Assembly: GCF_963921235.1 (NCBI RefSeq)
Contig: NC_086097.1
Span: 167,030,001-167,094,000 of the forward strand
Direction: 5' to 3'
Length of the DNA: 64,000 bases
DNA from: Mobula hypostoma
Taxonomy: Eukaryota
The notes under the pieces: generated by a model
What the model saw: the letters and a program-made list of their open reading frames with translations, nothing else
Told to the model about the DNA's origin: nothing
Database searches by the model: none
Translations under genes and position numbers: made by a program
Shown: piece after piece, positions 10,448 through 21,090 of the stretch
Layout of the letters: each line of letters opens with the position of its first letter
Position numbering within the stretch: the first letter of the stretch is position 1

Positions 10448-13099
10448 GACCCTATTATTGTCTCATTTACTTGCCAGTTCCCCATCGCCTTTGCTTCACA
10501 CTTCAAAAATTATTCCTTTCCAGAAATGTTTGCCCAAAAAACTCAAGCATATTGCTATCAATGCCAATCTAAAAGTGCAATTCATACATTATTTTTATTT
10601 CTCAAAAATGCACCAATCTTGCCAATAATAATGACTAAAATGGATTAAATATAAGATTTGGCAGAATTGGACCACTGTGATTTTAGCCAACTTTTTTTCA
10701 TCATTGGATTTTGCAGTATTTTTCTATTCAAGTACTTTTATGATAGATATTGACAGACATTGCTATTGAATTACAATACTTTCCAAAGAGATAAATATTT
10801 ATTTTTGTTATTTACGTACATTATATGTATGTGCATTTAGGTTTCTACACAGGTTTGTACATGTGTGTGCACTTGTGTCAGTGCTCATTTGTGCATGTAC
10901 TAGAAGCACTATGAGTTTTCAGACTGTGGGTTATTGAGACTATAGTCACTTGGTGGAGTGGTTCTGAGCAGTGTGCAACCAATATCATACTGGACTTCAC
11001 ATCAGTGCATGGGTTGCAGAACCATTTATGCAGTGATGGGCAAAGCTTTTATAGCAAGTGCTTAGCTCTGGTGGAGCTTTTATGAATTTGCAAGGAATAC
11101 AAAACAGCAGGACAGCCAAGACGTCCATTAAGTGAGAGACTGAAATTGGTCTACAAGTTCAAAACAGTGCTACGCATCTGAATAAATTATTTCTGGTGTA
11201 GAGCACTGTTACAATTTCCCAACATCAGAAATTACAGATTTCCTTATGTCTTTGCAGCACAGAAAGAGGTTATTTCGACTCGAGTCCATGCTGCCTCTCA
11301 CAGCAATCCCATTTTCCACTCATTTTTCTCTCGACTTCACTCTCCCCATTAAATCCTCCCTGACTCTACTACCTACCCACATACTAGGGTTAATTTCCAG
11401 TGGCCAACCAGAATGTCTTTGAGACATGGAAGGAAACTGGAAGACCAGGTCACAGGGAGAAATTACAAACTCCCACAGAGGTCAAGATTGAATCTGAGTT
11501 TTTTTTTAAAGAGCGCTGTGAGGTGAAAATTATTTCTTGTACTTTTGACCTGCCCAAACTGAATAGAGTATGTCTGATTGTAAGTAATTCTGGCTCAGTT
11601 TCTCTATTAGCCATGCATTGAATGACATCACACCCTGTCTGAGAGTCTTTGTGAAGTTAGGTCATTCAAAAGCACAAGTGAAAACAATGATACTTTCATT
11701 GGCACCACTGAAAAATAGCAGCCCAGCACTGAAACCCAGGTGGTTAACTACATTCTTGAACTTTCTTGCTTTCCTTGGATACCTCACAGTCCTCCTCAAA
11801 ATCCATTGACCCTGCAGCAATCTGCTGGAAGAACGCAGCAGTTTGGGCAGTATCAGCAGAGGAAGAATAAATAACTGAAATTTTGAGGCAAAATCCTTCA
11901 TCAGGACTTAAAAGAACAGCAGAGAAAGAATTCCTTTGATCCACGTTGTCCAGGCTGACCATACTGTCAATTTAAACAGCACATCTGAGATGCAAGAGAC
12001 TGTGGGTGCTGGAAATCTTGAGCAACACATACAATGCGCTGGAGGAACACAACAGGTCAGACAGCATTAGTAAACAGGCAACATTTTAGGCCAAGACCCT
12101 TCATTGGGACTGGAATGCAAGGGTGCAGAAGCCAGAATCCTGACAGAGGCATTTCTCTGGCATTTCACGTAAATTGCACATCTGCCTGCACATGCCATTC
12201 CATTCCTGTATCTGTTCCCTGTCTAATTATGTCTCTGTCTAAATCTTAAACCGCTCCAACATTTAGCAAAGCCATGGTAAACCTTCCCAGAATCAGAGCA
12301 GAGATATGAGTTTCATGGAGTCGCAGACTAATGGCATCCAATTAACTCCAACAACCAACGCCTCTTTGGTATGCTGGAGGAAACCAGAGCACCCAGAGGA
12401 AATCAATGCGGTCACATGATGAATGTGCAAATTCCATATAGTCAGCACCAGAATACAGGTTGCTTGAGATATGAGCAACAAACAACCTGCCTGGAGGAAC
12501 TCAGTGGGTCAGGGAGCATCTGTGGAAAGAAATGGATAATCAACATTTTCAAGTCAAGACCCTTCATCTGGACTGAAAGACTCCCGAGCTGCATCACTGT
12601 GCCTTCTGAGATTTAGTCAATGGAACATCCCATCACATCCATAGTAATGTGCTTCCACAATTTCATAGAACATAGGAGACCATTTAGCCAACCAAGTCCA
12701 TGCTGACTGTCAAGGCAATCTCATTCCTGGTCTTACTTTGCCTCACCCCTATTCTCCACACATTCCGACATTCAGCAATATTGGTTCAGGCTAGCTTTGG
12801 AAGCTTTAAATCTGCAAAAGAGCAAATTATTGAGGACATGTCCAAGGACTTTAATTTGACCACCCTTGGACAAGTGAAGCAGGTGTTCATCATGTTATGA
12901 GGTTTGTGATAGGGTAGAGGTATGGCAAGTTCCAGTAATGTGGGAATTTTGTCATTAGTACCTCAGTAACTGGGGAAGTAGTGAATAAAATGAGAACCCA
13001 GTTTAATAAAACAGAGAAAATCAGACATGCAAAGAAAATTTTAAGAGGCAGAGTCTTCATAGAAGCAAAAGTAGGAACCTCAAGAGGGTTTCAGTTTCA

Positions 13100-13340
13100 G
13101 GCAGCAGAGTGGAACAGCCATTGCCTCACAGGTCCAATCATGACCTTGGATGCTGCCTGTGTAGAGTTTGCACGTTGTTCCTGTAATCGCAAGGATTTCC
13201 TCCAGGTGCTTCTGTTTCCTTCAATATCCCAAAAGCATGAGTTGGTAAATTAATTGGCCACTGTATGCTGTTTCTACTGTATTGGAGAGTGGTTGAATGT
13301 GGGGGAATTTATTGGAATGTGGGGAGGTTAAAAATGGGTC
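13100..13340 (+). mobile_element. V-SINE-like tRNA-derived SINE (degenerate minus-strand relatives at about 11260-11520, 12320-12460, 14880-15170, 16130-16340)
   Basis: ctgtgtagagtttgcacgttgttcctgt..ggatttcctccaggtgcttctgtttcct..cccaaaagcatg matches the V-domain consensus. Confidence 0.65.
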
Positions 13341-13439
13341 AAGATACTTCTCAAAGTGGCTGGGATTCTATCGAGGGCCCTGACCTGCAACGGCACTCAA
13401 AACTGCGAATTTTCAAAGTGTCAATTTCCTGCTTTTAAA

Positions 13440-14140
13440 GCTTGCCAGCCGGCCGTTTTCTGACATTCTCCAGGTGTGGTTGGAAGATGGTGCCTCTGGG
13501 ATGTGGCCCTGCACGGCCCTGTGGACAACCAATTCCAGACAGGTGTTGCCAACTGAGGTGTCACGGGAGAAGAAACAGCAGGATATCGCTGCAGCGGATG
13601 GGTAGACGGAGGTCTCTGTATGTCAAGCGATTGCGCTCTCACTCTCCTTCTCTCAATGGTGGGGAGAGTTTGCTGCCGACTCTCAAGTCAGAGAATCTCA
13701 AAATGAAATGCGAAGCGGCAGACTGTAACACTAACAGTGACTGTTAGTTTCCCCTTCCGCCATGAAATGGATGACATCTCTCTGTCTCTTGTAAGAAAGA
13801 AAGAGCCTGTGAAATGTTGAACTGTCGGGTAGCCAATAGTTTTTGTTGACTGTAGATCATGGTCTCTCTAAGTGCTTTGCAATAGCTTGCTGGGTGGTGG
13901 GCACTGATGCTACTTTTGCTGAAATGGGTGGGGGAAGAGCGGGAGGTCGATGAGCTGATCCTTTGCTGCTGCTGTTGGCGTGGTGGGGGGGGAGAGTGAG
14001 CTTTGTGGCTGTAATGTTTTTCTGTTTTTCATCCTTTTTTTGGGGGGGTTCTTCTGTTTTTCATGAATGTCTGTAGAGACCAAGTATTTTTGGTAGTATA
14101 CTGTATAGATTCTCTGATAATAAATGGAACTATTAGAAAC
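13440..14140 (+). mobile_element. Probable non-autonomous retroelement with LINE-type 3' tail
   Basis: GC/CpG-richer non-coding body ending tctctgataataaatggaactattagaaac, similar to the tail at about 9860-9903. Confidence 0.4.
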
Positions 14141-14343
14141 ATATGGATAAAAAAGGGTGCTTGATGGACAGTTGCTGAGTGGCCATATTATCTTACTCAA
14201 CTATTACAATTACTATGAAGTGAATACAATGGTGTAAATAATTGTGTATTGTTTCATTGAAGTACATAACAAGGCAAAGTTAAATCTTGTCTCCAGCATT
14301 TCTCCTCCTGTTGCCAAAAGCAAGCTGACCTAGAATGCAAAAT

Positions 14344-14552
14344 CAAGCAACACACATAAAAGTTGCTGGTGAACGCAGCAGGCCAGGCAGCATCTCTAGG
14401 AAGAGGTGCAGTCGACGTTTCAGACTGAAGGGTCTCGGCCTGAAACGTCGACTGCACCTCTTCCTAGAGATGCTGCCTGGCCTGCTGCGTTCACCAGCAA
14501 CTTTGATGTGTGTTGCTTGAATTTCCAGCATCTGCAGAATTCCTGTTGTTTG
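14344..14552. mobile_element. Fold-back PLE pLTR mini-insertion
   Basis: 81-bp inverted arms 14343-14423 and 14440-14520 (1 mismatch) around a 16-nt spacer. 15-bp TSD cctagaat(g/c)caaaat at 14329-14343 and 14553-14567. Confidence 0.85.
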
Positions 14553-15454
14553 CCTAGAATCCAAAATTTCTATTTTCGGCATTTGAAAATGTGTTTCTTC
14601 TGGGGGAGAGGCATAGTTGCACTGATTTCTACATTAAGTGTCTACATATTTGACCTAAGGCATTGTTGGAGGCATCGCCTCTGCATCTTGTTCACCAAAC
14701 CCTCTAACAGCTTGTGCTTTTTCAATGAGATCACTGCTCATACTCCATGTGTATCTTCAACCTGCTTCATCTCTCCACAGAGGAAAATCCTCCCCCTCCC
14801 TGGAATCAATCTGGCAAATTATTGTTGCCTGCCTCCAAATAAATACATTATAAATTCCTGTAACATATGCTAATTGTCATAAAGAGATACAACACGGAAA
14901 CAGGCACTTCGGCTCACTATGCAAGCCAAACATCAACAGCCCATTTACATTAATCTTACATCATTGCCATTTTGTTCTCAAAGCAATGGTTAATCAACCT
15001 CCAACAATTTGCATGTCTTTGGCACATGAGTGTAAACTGCAGCACCTTGAGGAAACCACTGGGTCACAAAAAGAACATGCCAGCTCCACACAGACAGCAC
15101 CAGACACCAGGGTTGAACCCGGGTCCTTGGTGCTGAGAGCTGATGGCTTTATTACCTGTGGACTGTGTATTTGACTTACAGTATGTTGGGAGACCAGATC
15201 TATACACAGTATTCTGGGTACAGTCTAAATTGATTCATTTATAAATTACTTTTGCATTCAACTCCCCTTAAACTGAAAAGAGCACCAAACTGCTTGCCTG
15301 CTGAACTGTTTGCTGAAAATATATGTCATTTAGCAGTTCATGTACAAGGCTAATACTAAGACCTTAAATTTCTGTCATCTAAAAAATGATCTATTTTTTA
15401 AAATTTTTTGTCAAACTTGGTGACTTCATATTTTTCTATGTTGTATTCCATCTG

Positions 15455-16950
15455 CCATGTCCTCACTTGACCTCTCTCAAAGTCCTCAATCTCATTAAAT
15501 CCTCAAAAAACTCAATCAAGTTTTTAAGATATGGCAGCTCTTCCTTAAAGCCATGCTGACTATCCATACTAAGTCTATACTTTTCCAGATGTGAGTAGAT
15601 TTCCTGGTTTGTCTCCATTGTCCTTTTAAACAGATGGAGAACACCAGCTATTCTCCAGGCCTTTGGGATCTCGACTGTAGCGAAACAGCATACAAAGATC
15701 TCTGTAAAAATCCTAACAATAGCCTTTCTTTCTTCTCTCAATAACCTTAGATAGATCTCATAATGCCTGGGGGCTAATCCACCTAGTTGTTCTTCAGAAA
15801 AAAATCTCATTCTTCTTATTATTAGCAACATTTCCTTAAACATGAACATATTCCTCGCTGATCTCTCTATCCTCCATGTCCTTCTCCTTAGTGACTGCTG
15901 ATGGAAAGTACTTGCTTAGTACCTCACTCACTTCCTCTGGATACACGAATATTTTCTCTCCCTTGTCCTCTAGTGGCCTGAGCCTCTCCATAGTTATGTT
16001 TTGTTTATAATGTGTGTGGAGAATGGCTTGTGTCTTTAATCCTGCTCACCACTTCATTTCATGGCCATTTTCAGCTCTTCTGATTTCCTGTTTAAGTTCT
16101 CCCCTAAATCCTTTACTTCTTTCAAAAAGAGATACAACACAGTTACAGGCCCTTCTGGCTCAATGTACATGTGCTGCCCAGTTATAACTATGTGACCAAT
16201 TAACTTACTAACCCGGACATCAGAGGAAACCAGAGCACCTGAGAATACGGGGAGAATGTACAACTCCTTACAGACAGCAATGAATTTGAACCCAGGGTGC
16301 TAGCGCTGTAGTAACATTACACAAACCACTAAGCTAACTAGCTGTCCCCTTGTTGCATTTTTATTCAAGAAACAATGAACATCTCTTGCTGAATGAAAGA
16401 TGCCACAGCTAAGAAAATGAACCAATATCTCTATTTCTTCAGGATGCTGAAGGAATTTTTGACACCTCCCCTTTGCCCTTCACTTGTTATTGATGTACCA
16501 TGCATCAAGGACTGGTATGACCACTGCTCTGCATGTGACTGCAAGAAACTGCAGAGAGCTTTGGACACAGCTCAGCACATCACAGGAACCATTCTCCCCT
16601 CTATGGACTCTGCTGCGCTTCTCGCTTCCTCAGTAAAGCAGCCAGCATAATAAAACACACTGCCCACCCTAGACATGCTCACTCTCCCTGTTCCCATCAG
16701 GCAGAAGATACTTCTCCCTAAATCCTACAATATGCATCCTTTTGTTTTTTGACCAAATTTGCAACGTATCTCATCAACCAAAGTTCATGAACCTTGCCAT
16801 CATTGCCTCTCCCTCTCTCACAGGAGCATATTGGTCCTGAATGCTAACCAGCTGGCCTTCAAACAGCTCCCACATGTGGGATGTGCTCTTGCCCAGTGAC
16901 AGCTGTTCCCAATCTATTCTCCCCAGCTCTTGCCTAAACACTAATCTATT
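15455..16950 (-). mobile_element. Degenerate CR1 ORF2 mid-region with nested SINE and Rex fragments
   Basis: ORF 15463..15849 (EIY.RLLRE...P..WR.A.V..LFK...DSQHGF...NLIEFFE) and ORF 16774..16992 (RQELGRIDWEQL...MWELF). A Rex1-like piece on + occupies about 16390-16710. Confidence 0.75.
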
Positions 16951-18456
16951 CCCACATTGTGTTACAGTCCGAGATGAACAATGACGTAACAATGTGAGGC
17001 ACTCCTTCAGTTCGGAAACAACTTAATGAACTGGAAAGGGAGCTGAAAATTATGGATTAGTACTAGAAACAGCCAATAAGCAACTGAGTTGAATGTGACT
17101 TTGGTACAAACTACAAGTTAGATGAGTGGGATTTCCAAGTTTAGAATTCATATAATGAAGGATGGAGGCAAGACTGAAATGTTTCATAAAGGGGTGACTT
17201 ATGATAAATGTCCAATTTATGAAAGAAGATAATGTAAAATAGTGGAGAGGTGGGGAGAAAAAGAAATAAGTTGGGGAATAATAGTACATGGTGTGAATTA
17301 ATAATAAGGTGATGTCAGAGGTGAGGATCAATCAATGTCATGCTGTGTCCAATCCTCCAGAAGCCTTCTAAGAAATAGACAATGTGCTGGGGATTTGCAA
17401 ACTCCCCACTTTAAAGCTGATGACTGAGTCATAGACTCCAGAGTTGAGAGCATAGAAGCAGGTACTGACACTCAGCAGAGAAAAGGCAGATAGAATTCAA
17501 TTTGGACAATTATGAAGTGTTGGACTTTGCAAGGTCAAATGTAAGAGGGAAGCATGCAATAAATGGCACAATCTTCAGAGCACTGATATACAGAGGTATC
17601 TCGGGGTGCATCATCAAGTTCACTGATAACACAGCAGTGGTCAGCCTCATCAGTGACACGGATGAGTCCGCATACAGAGAGGAGGTAGACAGGCTTGCCA
17701 AATGGTTTGAAAACAACGATCTGAGTCTTGACACGGACGAAATAAAAGAGATGATTGCAGACATCAGCACACTGCAGGTTAACCACTCTCCATTTCACAT
17801 CAATGGCTCTGCCATGGAGAGAGTGAACAGCATAAAGCTCCTTGGTGTGCACATAATGGGCGACCTAGGCAGGACCCACAACACTTCCTCATTAGTCAAG
17901 AAGGCACGGAATCATCTGAGGAGATTGAGGTGTGCAAGCCTCCCCTCCCCTCCCCTATCCTAACAACTTTTGAAAGGAGCATCATTGAGAGTGTCCTGTC
18001 TGGCTAAATCATTGCAAGGCGTCGGACCCCCAGATCCTAGAGAGGATAGTAAAAACTGCCGAGAGGATCACCAGTATCTTCCTCGCCTCCCCCCAACCCC
18101 CAAATATGACATTTACTGGGACCATTGAAGATGAAGGGCCCAAAAGTATCGCTGAGGATGCCTACTACTCATCCCACAATCTCTTAGACCCACTACCATC
18201 AGGGAGGAGGTACAGAAGCATCAGGACTCGGACTGCCAGAATGGGTAAGAGCTTCTCCTCTCAACCTGTGAAACTAATGAATACCCTACCACCACCGAGA
18301 TCTCAGCACGAGGATAGTGAGCTGTTTACTGCTTACCTGTGCTACACACTACCTGCATTTTGAATTGTATTTTATTAACTTATTTATAATATATTGTTTT
18401 ATGTTTTATGGGTGCACTGTAGTCCAGAGGAATATTGTTTCAGTTGGTTTTATCTA

Positions 18457-18956
18457 CAGTACTTTGCAAAGTCTTAGGAACATATATATAGCTAGAGTGC
18501 TTAACATTTATGCACCATACTGTAGTAAGTTCATGTATTGCACTATACCATTGCTGAAAAAAGTCATGGCATATTTGAGTGATGGTAAACCTGAATCTGA
18601 TATGGGACTCTATTGTGGACTGAGAGTGAGAAGGGGGTAGGAAAGGGGATCATGGTTGGGAACAGTGGAGTGGAAGGGAGAGGGGAGGGAGCACGATGCA
18701 CAGGAGAGACATTTTGCAGTGATCAATAAACCAATTGTTTGGAATTAAAACACCTTGCCTGGTGTCTCAGAACTGGGTGTGTCTGCACCTGTGCCAGCCC
18801 CCAGTCCTGGCACCCCTCCTCTGGCACCTGTACCACACCCCTCCCACGGCAACTCCACCCTTGCCATTCCCAAAATCCTTCGCTCCCACCAGATTTACAT
18901 TCTTGCTCTCTACTCCACGTTGACAAATGCAATACTGCGCAAAAAGTCTTAGGCAC

Positions 18957-19030
<74 letters not shown>

Positions 19031-19051
19031 TGAGAGAGTGAGAGAGTGAGT

Positions 19052-19099
<48 letters not shown>

Positions 19100-19150
19100 C
19101 ACAGATAGACAGACAGACAGACAGACTGACCTAAAATCTTTGCACAGTAC
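18457..19150. mobile_element. Composite Tc1/mariner-type MITE with palindromic ends
   Basis: Begins after TA with cagtactttgcaaagtcttagg and ends cctaaaatctttgcacagtac. Internal TIR copies lie at about 18500-18522 and 18930-18953. It interrupts the Rex 3' UTR. Confidence 0.65.
18957..19129. repeat. Compound microsatellite (TA)(TG)n(GA)n(CAGA)n
   Basis: Directly visible. Confidence 0.97.
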
Positions 19151-20439
19151 ATTATGTGCGGTCAGGTGACAATAAACTTGAACTTGAAGCCCATAGTTCC
19201 ATGAAAGTGGCAACACAAGTAGTTAAGATGGTAAAGGTGGCATTGCCTTCATTAGTCAGGGTGAGTATAAAGTAGGAAAGTCATATTGCAGCTGTACCAT
19301 TATAGGAAGGATGTAAAGGCTTTGTGAGCTTGCAGAAGAGGTTTACTGGGATGCTGCTTGGATTATTGGCTGTTAGCTGTAAGGAGAAGTTAGACAAACT
19401 TTGTTTGTAGTTCTGGATCATCTGATGCTCAGGGACATCCTTATAGAAGTATATATAATTATCAGAGACATAGGGTAATTAGTCAGTGACTTATTACAGG
19501 GGTAAAGATGTCAAGTACTAGAGGGTATAACTTTTAGGTGAGAGGAAGAAAACTTAAAGGAAATTTAAGAGGCAAGCTTCACTTGTTTGATTCATACAAT
19601 GAGGGTTTATTGGAGCTTGCAGGCATGAATAGTCCTTTCTCAGAGAGCCAGTTAGATACAAGATCATATTTCTCATGGCTGGAGGATCTAGAACCAGGGA
19701 TATAAAGCATGACTTGTGATTGGATAGCAATTCAACATCCTAATCACTCTTTGGGTTAGTCATGTACCTAAATGACCACCAATTTGTAGTCACGTTTCCT
19801 TTTATGGCAAATTATAACATCTATTATTCAAGGGTTGCCTGTGTTAAGACCATCACAAAGCAAAATGACCAGAAAGATTTGGTATACAGAATGATTGGAG
19901 AGCATTGAGCCAATGCTCCACTTTCAGTGGGTGTTCTGTGAACAATTCATATGTCTAGTCATGATTGGGAAGAAGTGAGTCACAATCTGCTACCTACTAT
20001 AAATTCATCCTGGTGTCAAGAAAGTAGGCATCTGCATCTGAGACTTTGGACATTGATACTTGGGCATACAGTAGTTTTATATCAATTACCAGAATTTACA
20101 ACAAACTGCTGGAAGAACTCAGCTGGCTGAGCAGCATCAGTGGGAGGAAAGAAATTTATTTTCTCTTCAAGCCACTGAATTTCTCCAGTAGATTCTGTGT
20201 TACTCCAAGTTCCAAGCATGTGCAGTCACTTGTGTCAGAATTGACAGGAAGTCCCAGTGTCTAGAATGCTGGAATGATATGGAAACCTTCCATGGTGTGT
20301 GGGAATATGTCCAAGAGGTTCAAATAAGAGGATTAAGAAAATGTGAAGAAATGACATTTACCCAGTCTCAGCTGGGTATTTACTCTTCCAAAGAGCAAAC
20401 TCCAAACAGAATATTTTTTCAAAATAGCTGAACATCACA

Positions 20440-21090
20440 TTCATAGAATCATAAACTCATTGGAAACAGGCTATTTGGCCTATCTCATCCATGCTGTCAT
20501 TTGGGCAGCCTTATGTATTAAACCCATCACTCAGTGCTTGGTCCACAGCCCTCTATGTACAAGTGATTCAAGTTCTCATCAAATCGCTTCTTAAATGTCA
20601 GCGATCCAGTTTCAACCACTCTCTCAAGCAGTGTATTCCAGGTACACTTCCTGGGTGAAGAAGAACCTTTTCAAATCTGCTCAGTTTCTCTTTCCAATTA
20701 TCCAAACCCTATATCCCTTATCTACCTCTGATCTGGGGAAAAGGTTCCTGCAGTATGTAGCCCTCAATTCTGAAAAATCTCAGTCATGTTCCTTCTAATC
20801 TCCTTTGGTCCAGGGCAAACAAACCTAGCATCTTCAATCTCTCCTCAAAACTCAACTGCTCCATCCCAGGGAACATCCCAGTGACTCTCCTCTTTACCCA
20901 TCTCCAGTGCTATCACTTCCCACTTTGGCGAGCAGAACTGCAAACAGTACATCAGCTCAGGCTTGATTAAGGTTCTTCTAAAGTTGGAGCAAAACCTCCC
21001 CAATTCTGCATACAATGTCACGGTCCAATGAAGGATGGTATCCTGTATACCTTTCTAACCATATTGTCTACCTGTGTTGCTGCTTTCAGT
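20440..21090 (-). mobile_element. Old CR1 LINE 3' fragment
   Basis: catagaatcata tail, ggaaacaggctatttggcc 3' UTR, and degenerate antisense ORF2 C-terminus. Confidence 0.6.

Larger units (their letters stand above)
17610..19188 (+). mobile_element. 5'-truncated Rex1/Babar LINE
   Basis: IKF.D.T.VVSLISD.DESAYREEVDRL..W...N.LSL...KEMI.D..VNS.KLLGVHI and LPSGRRYRSIRTRT.R...SF. Tail gacaataaacttgaacttgaa. Confidence 0.85.
17480..19580 (+). mobile_element. CR1 LINE 3' fragment interrupted by a Rex1/Babar element
   Basis: CR1 ..QR.LGVQ ends at about 17610 and continues as HSS.KVATQV..VK at about 19188. Confidence 0.75.

Noticed and set aside
14254..14873. Overlapping ORFs with near-identical peptides on both strands
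   Set aside because: A consequence of the 81-bp palindrome; the same peptides recur at other pLTR copies.
18949..19216. SL/TH-repeat ORFs
   Set aside because: Translations of dinucleotide microsatellites.
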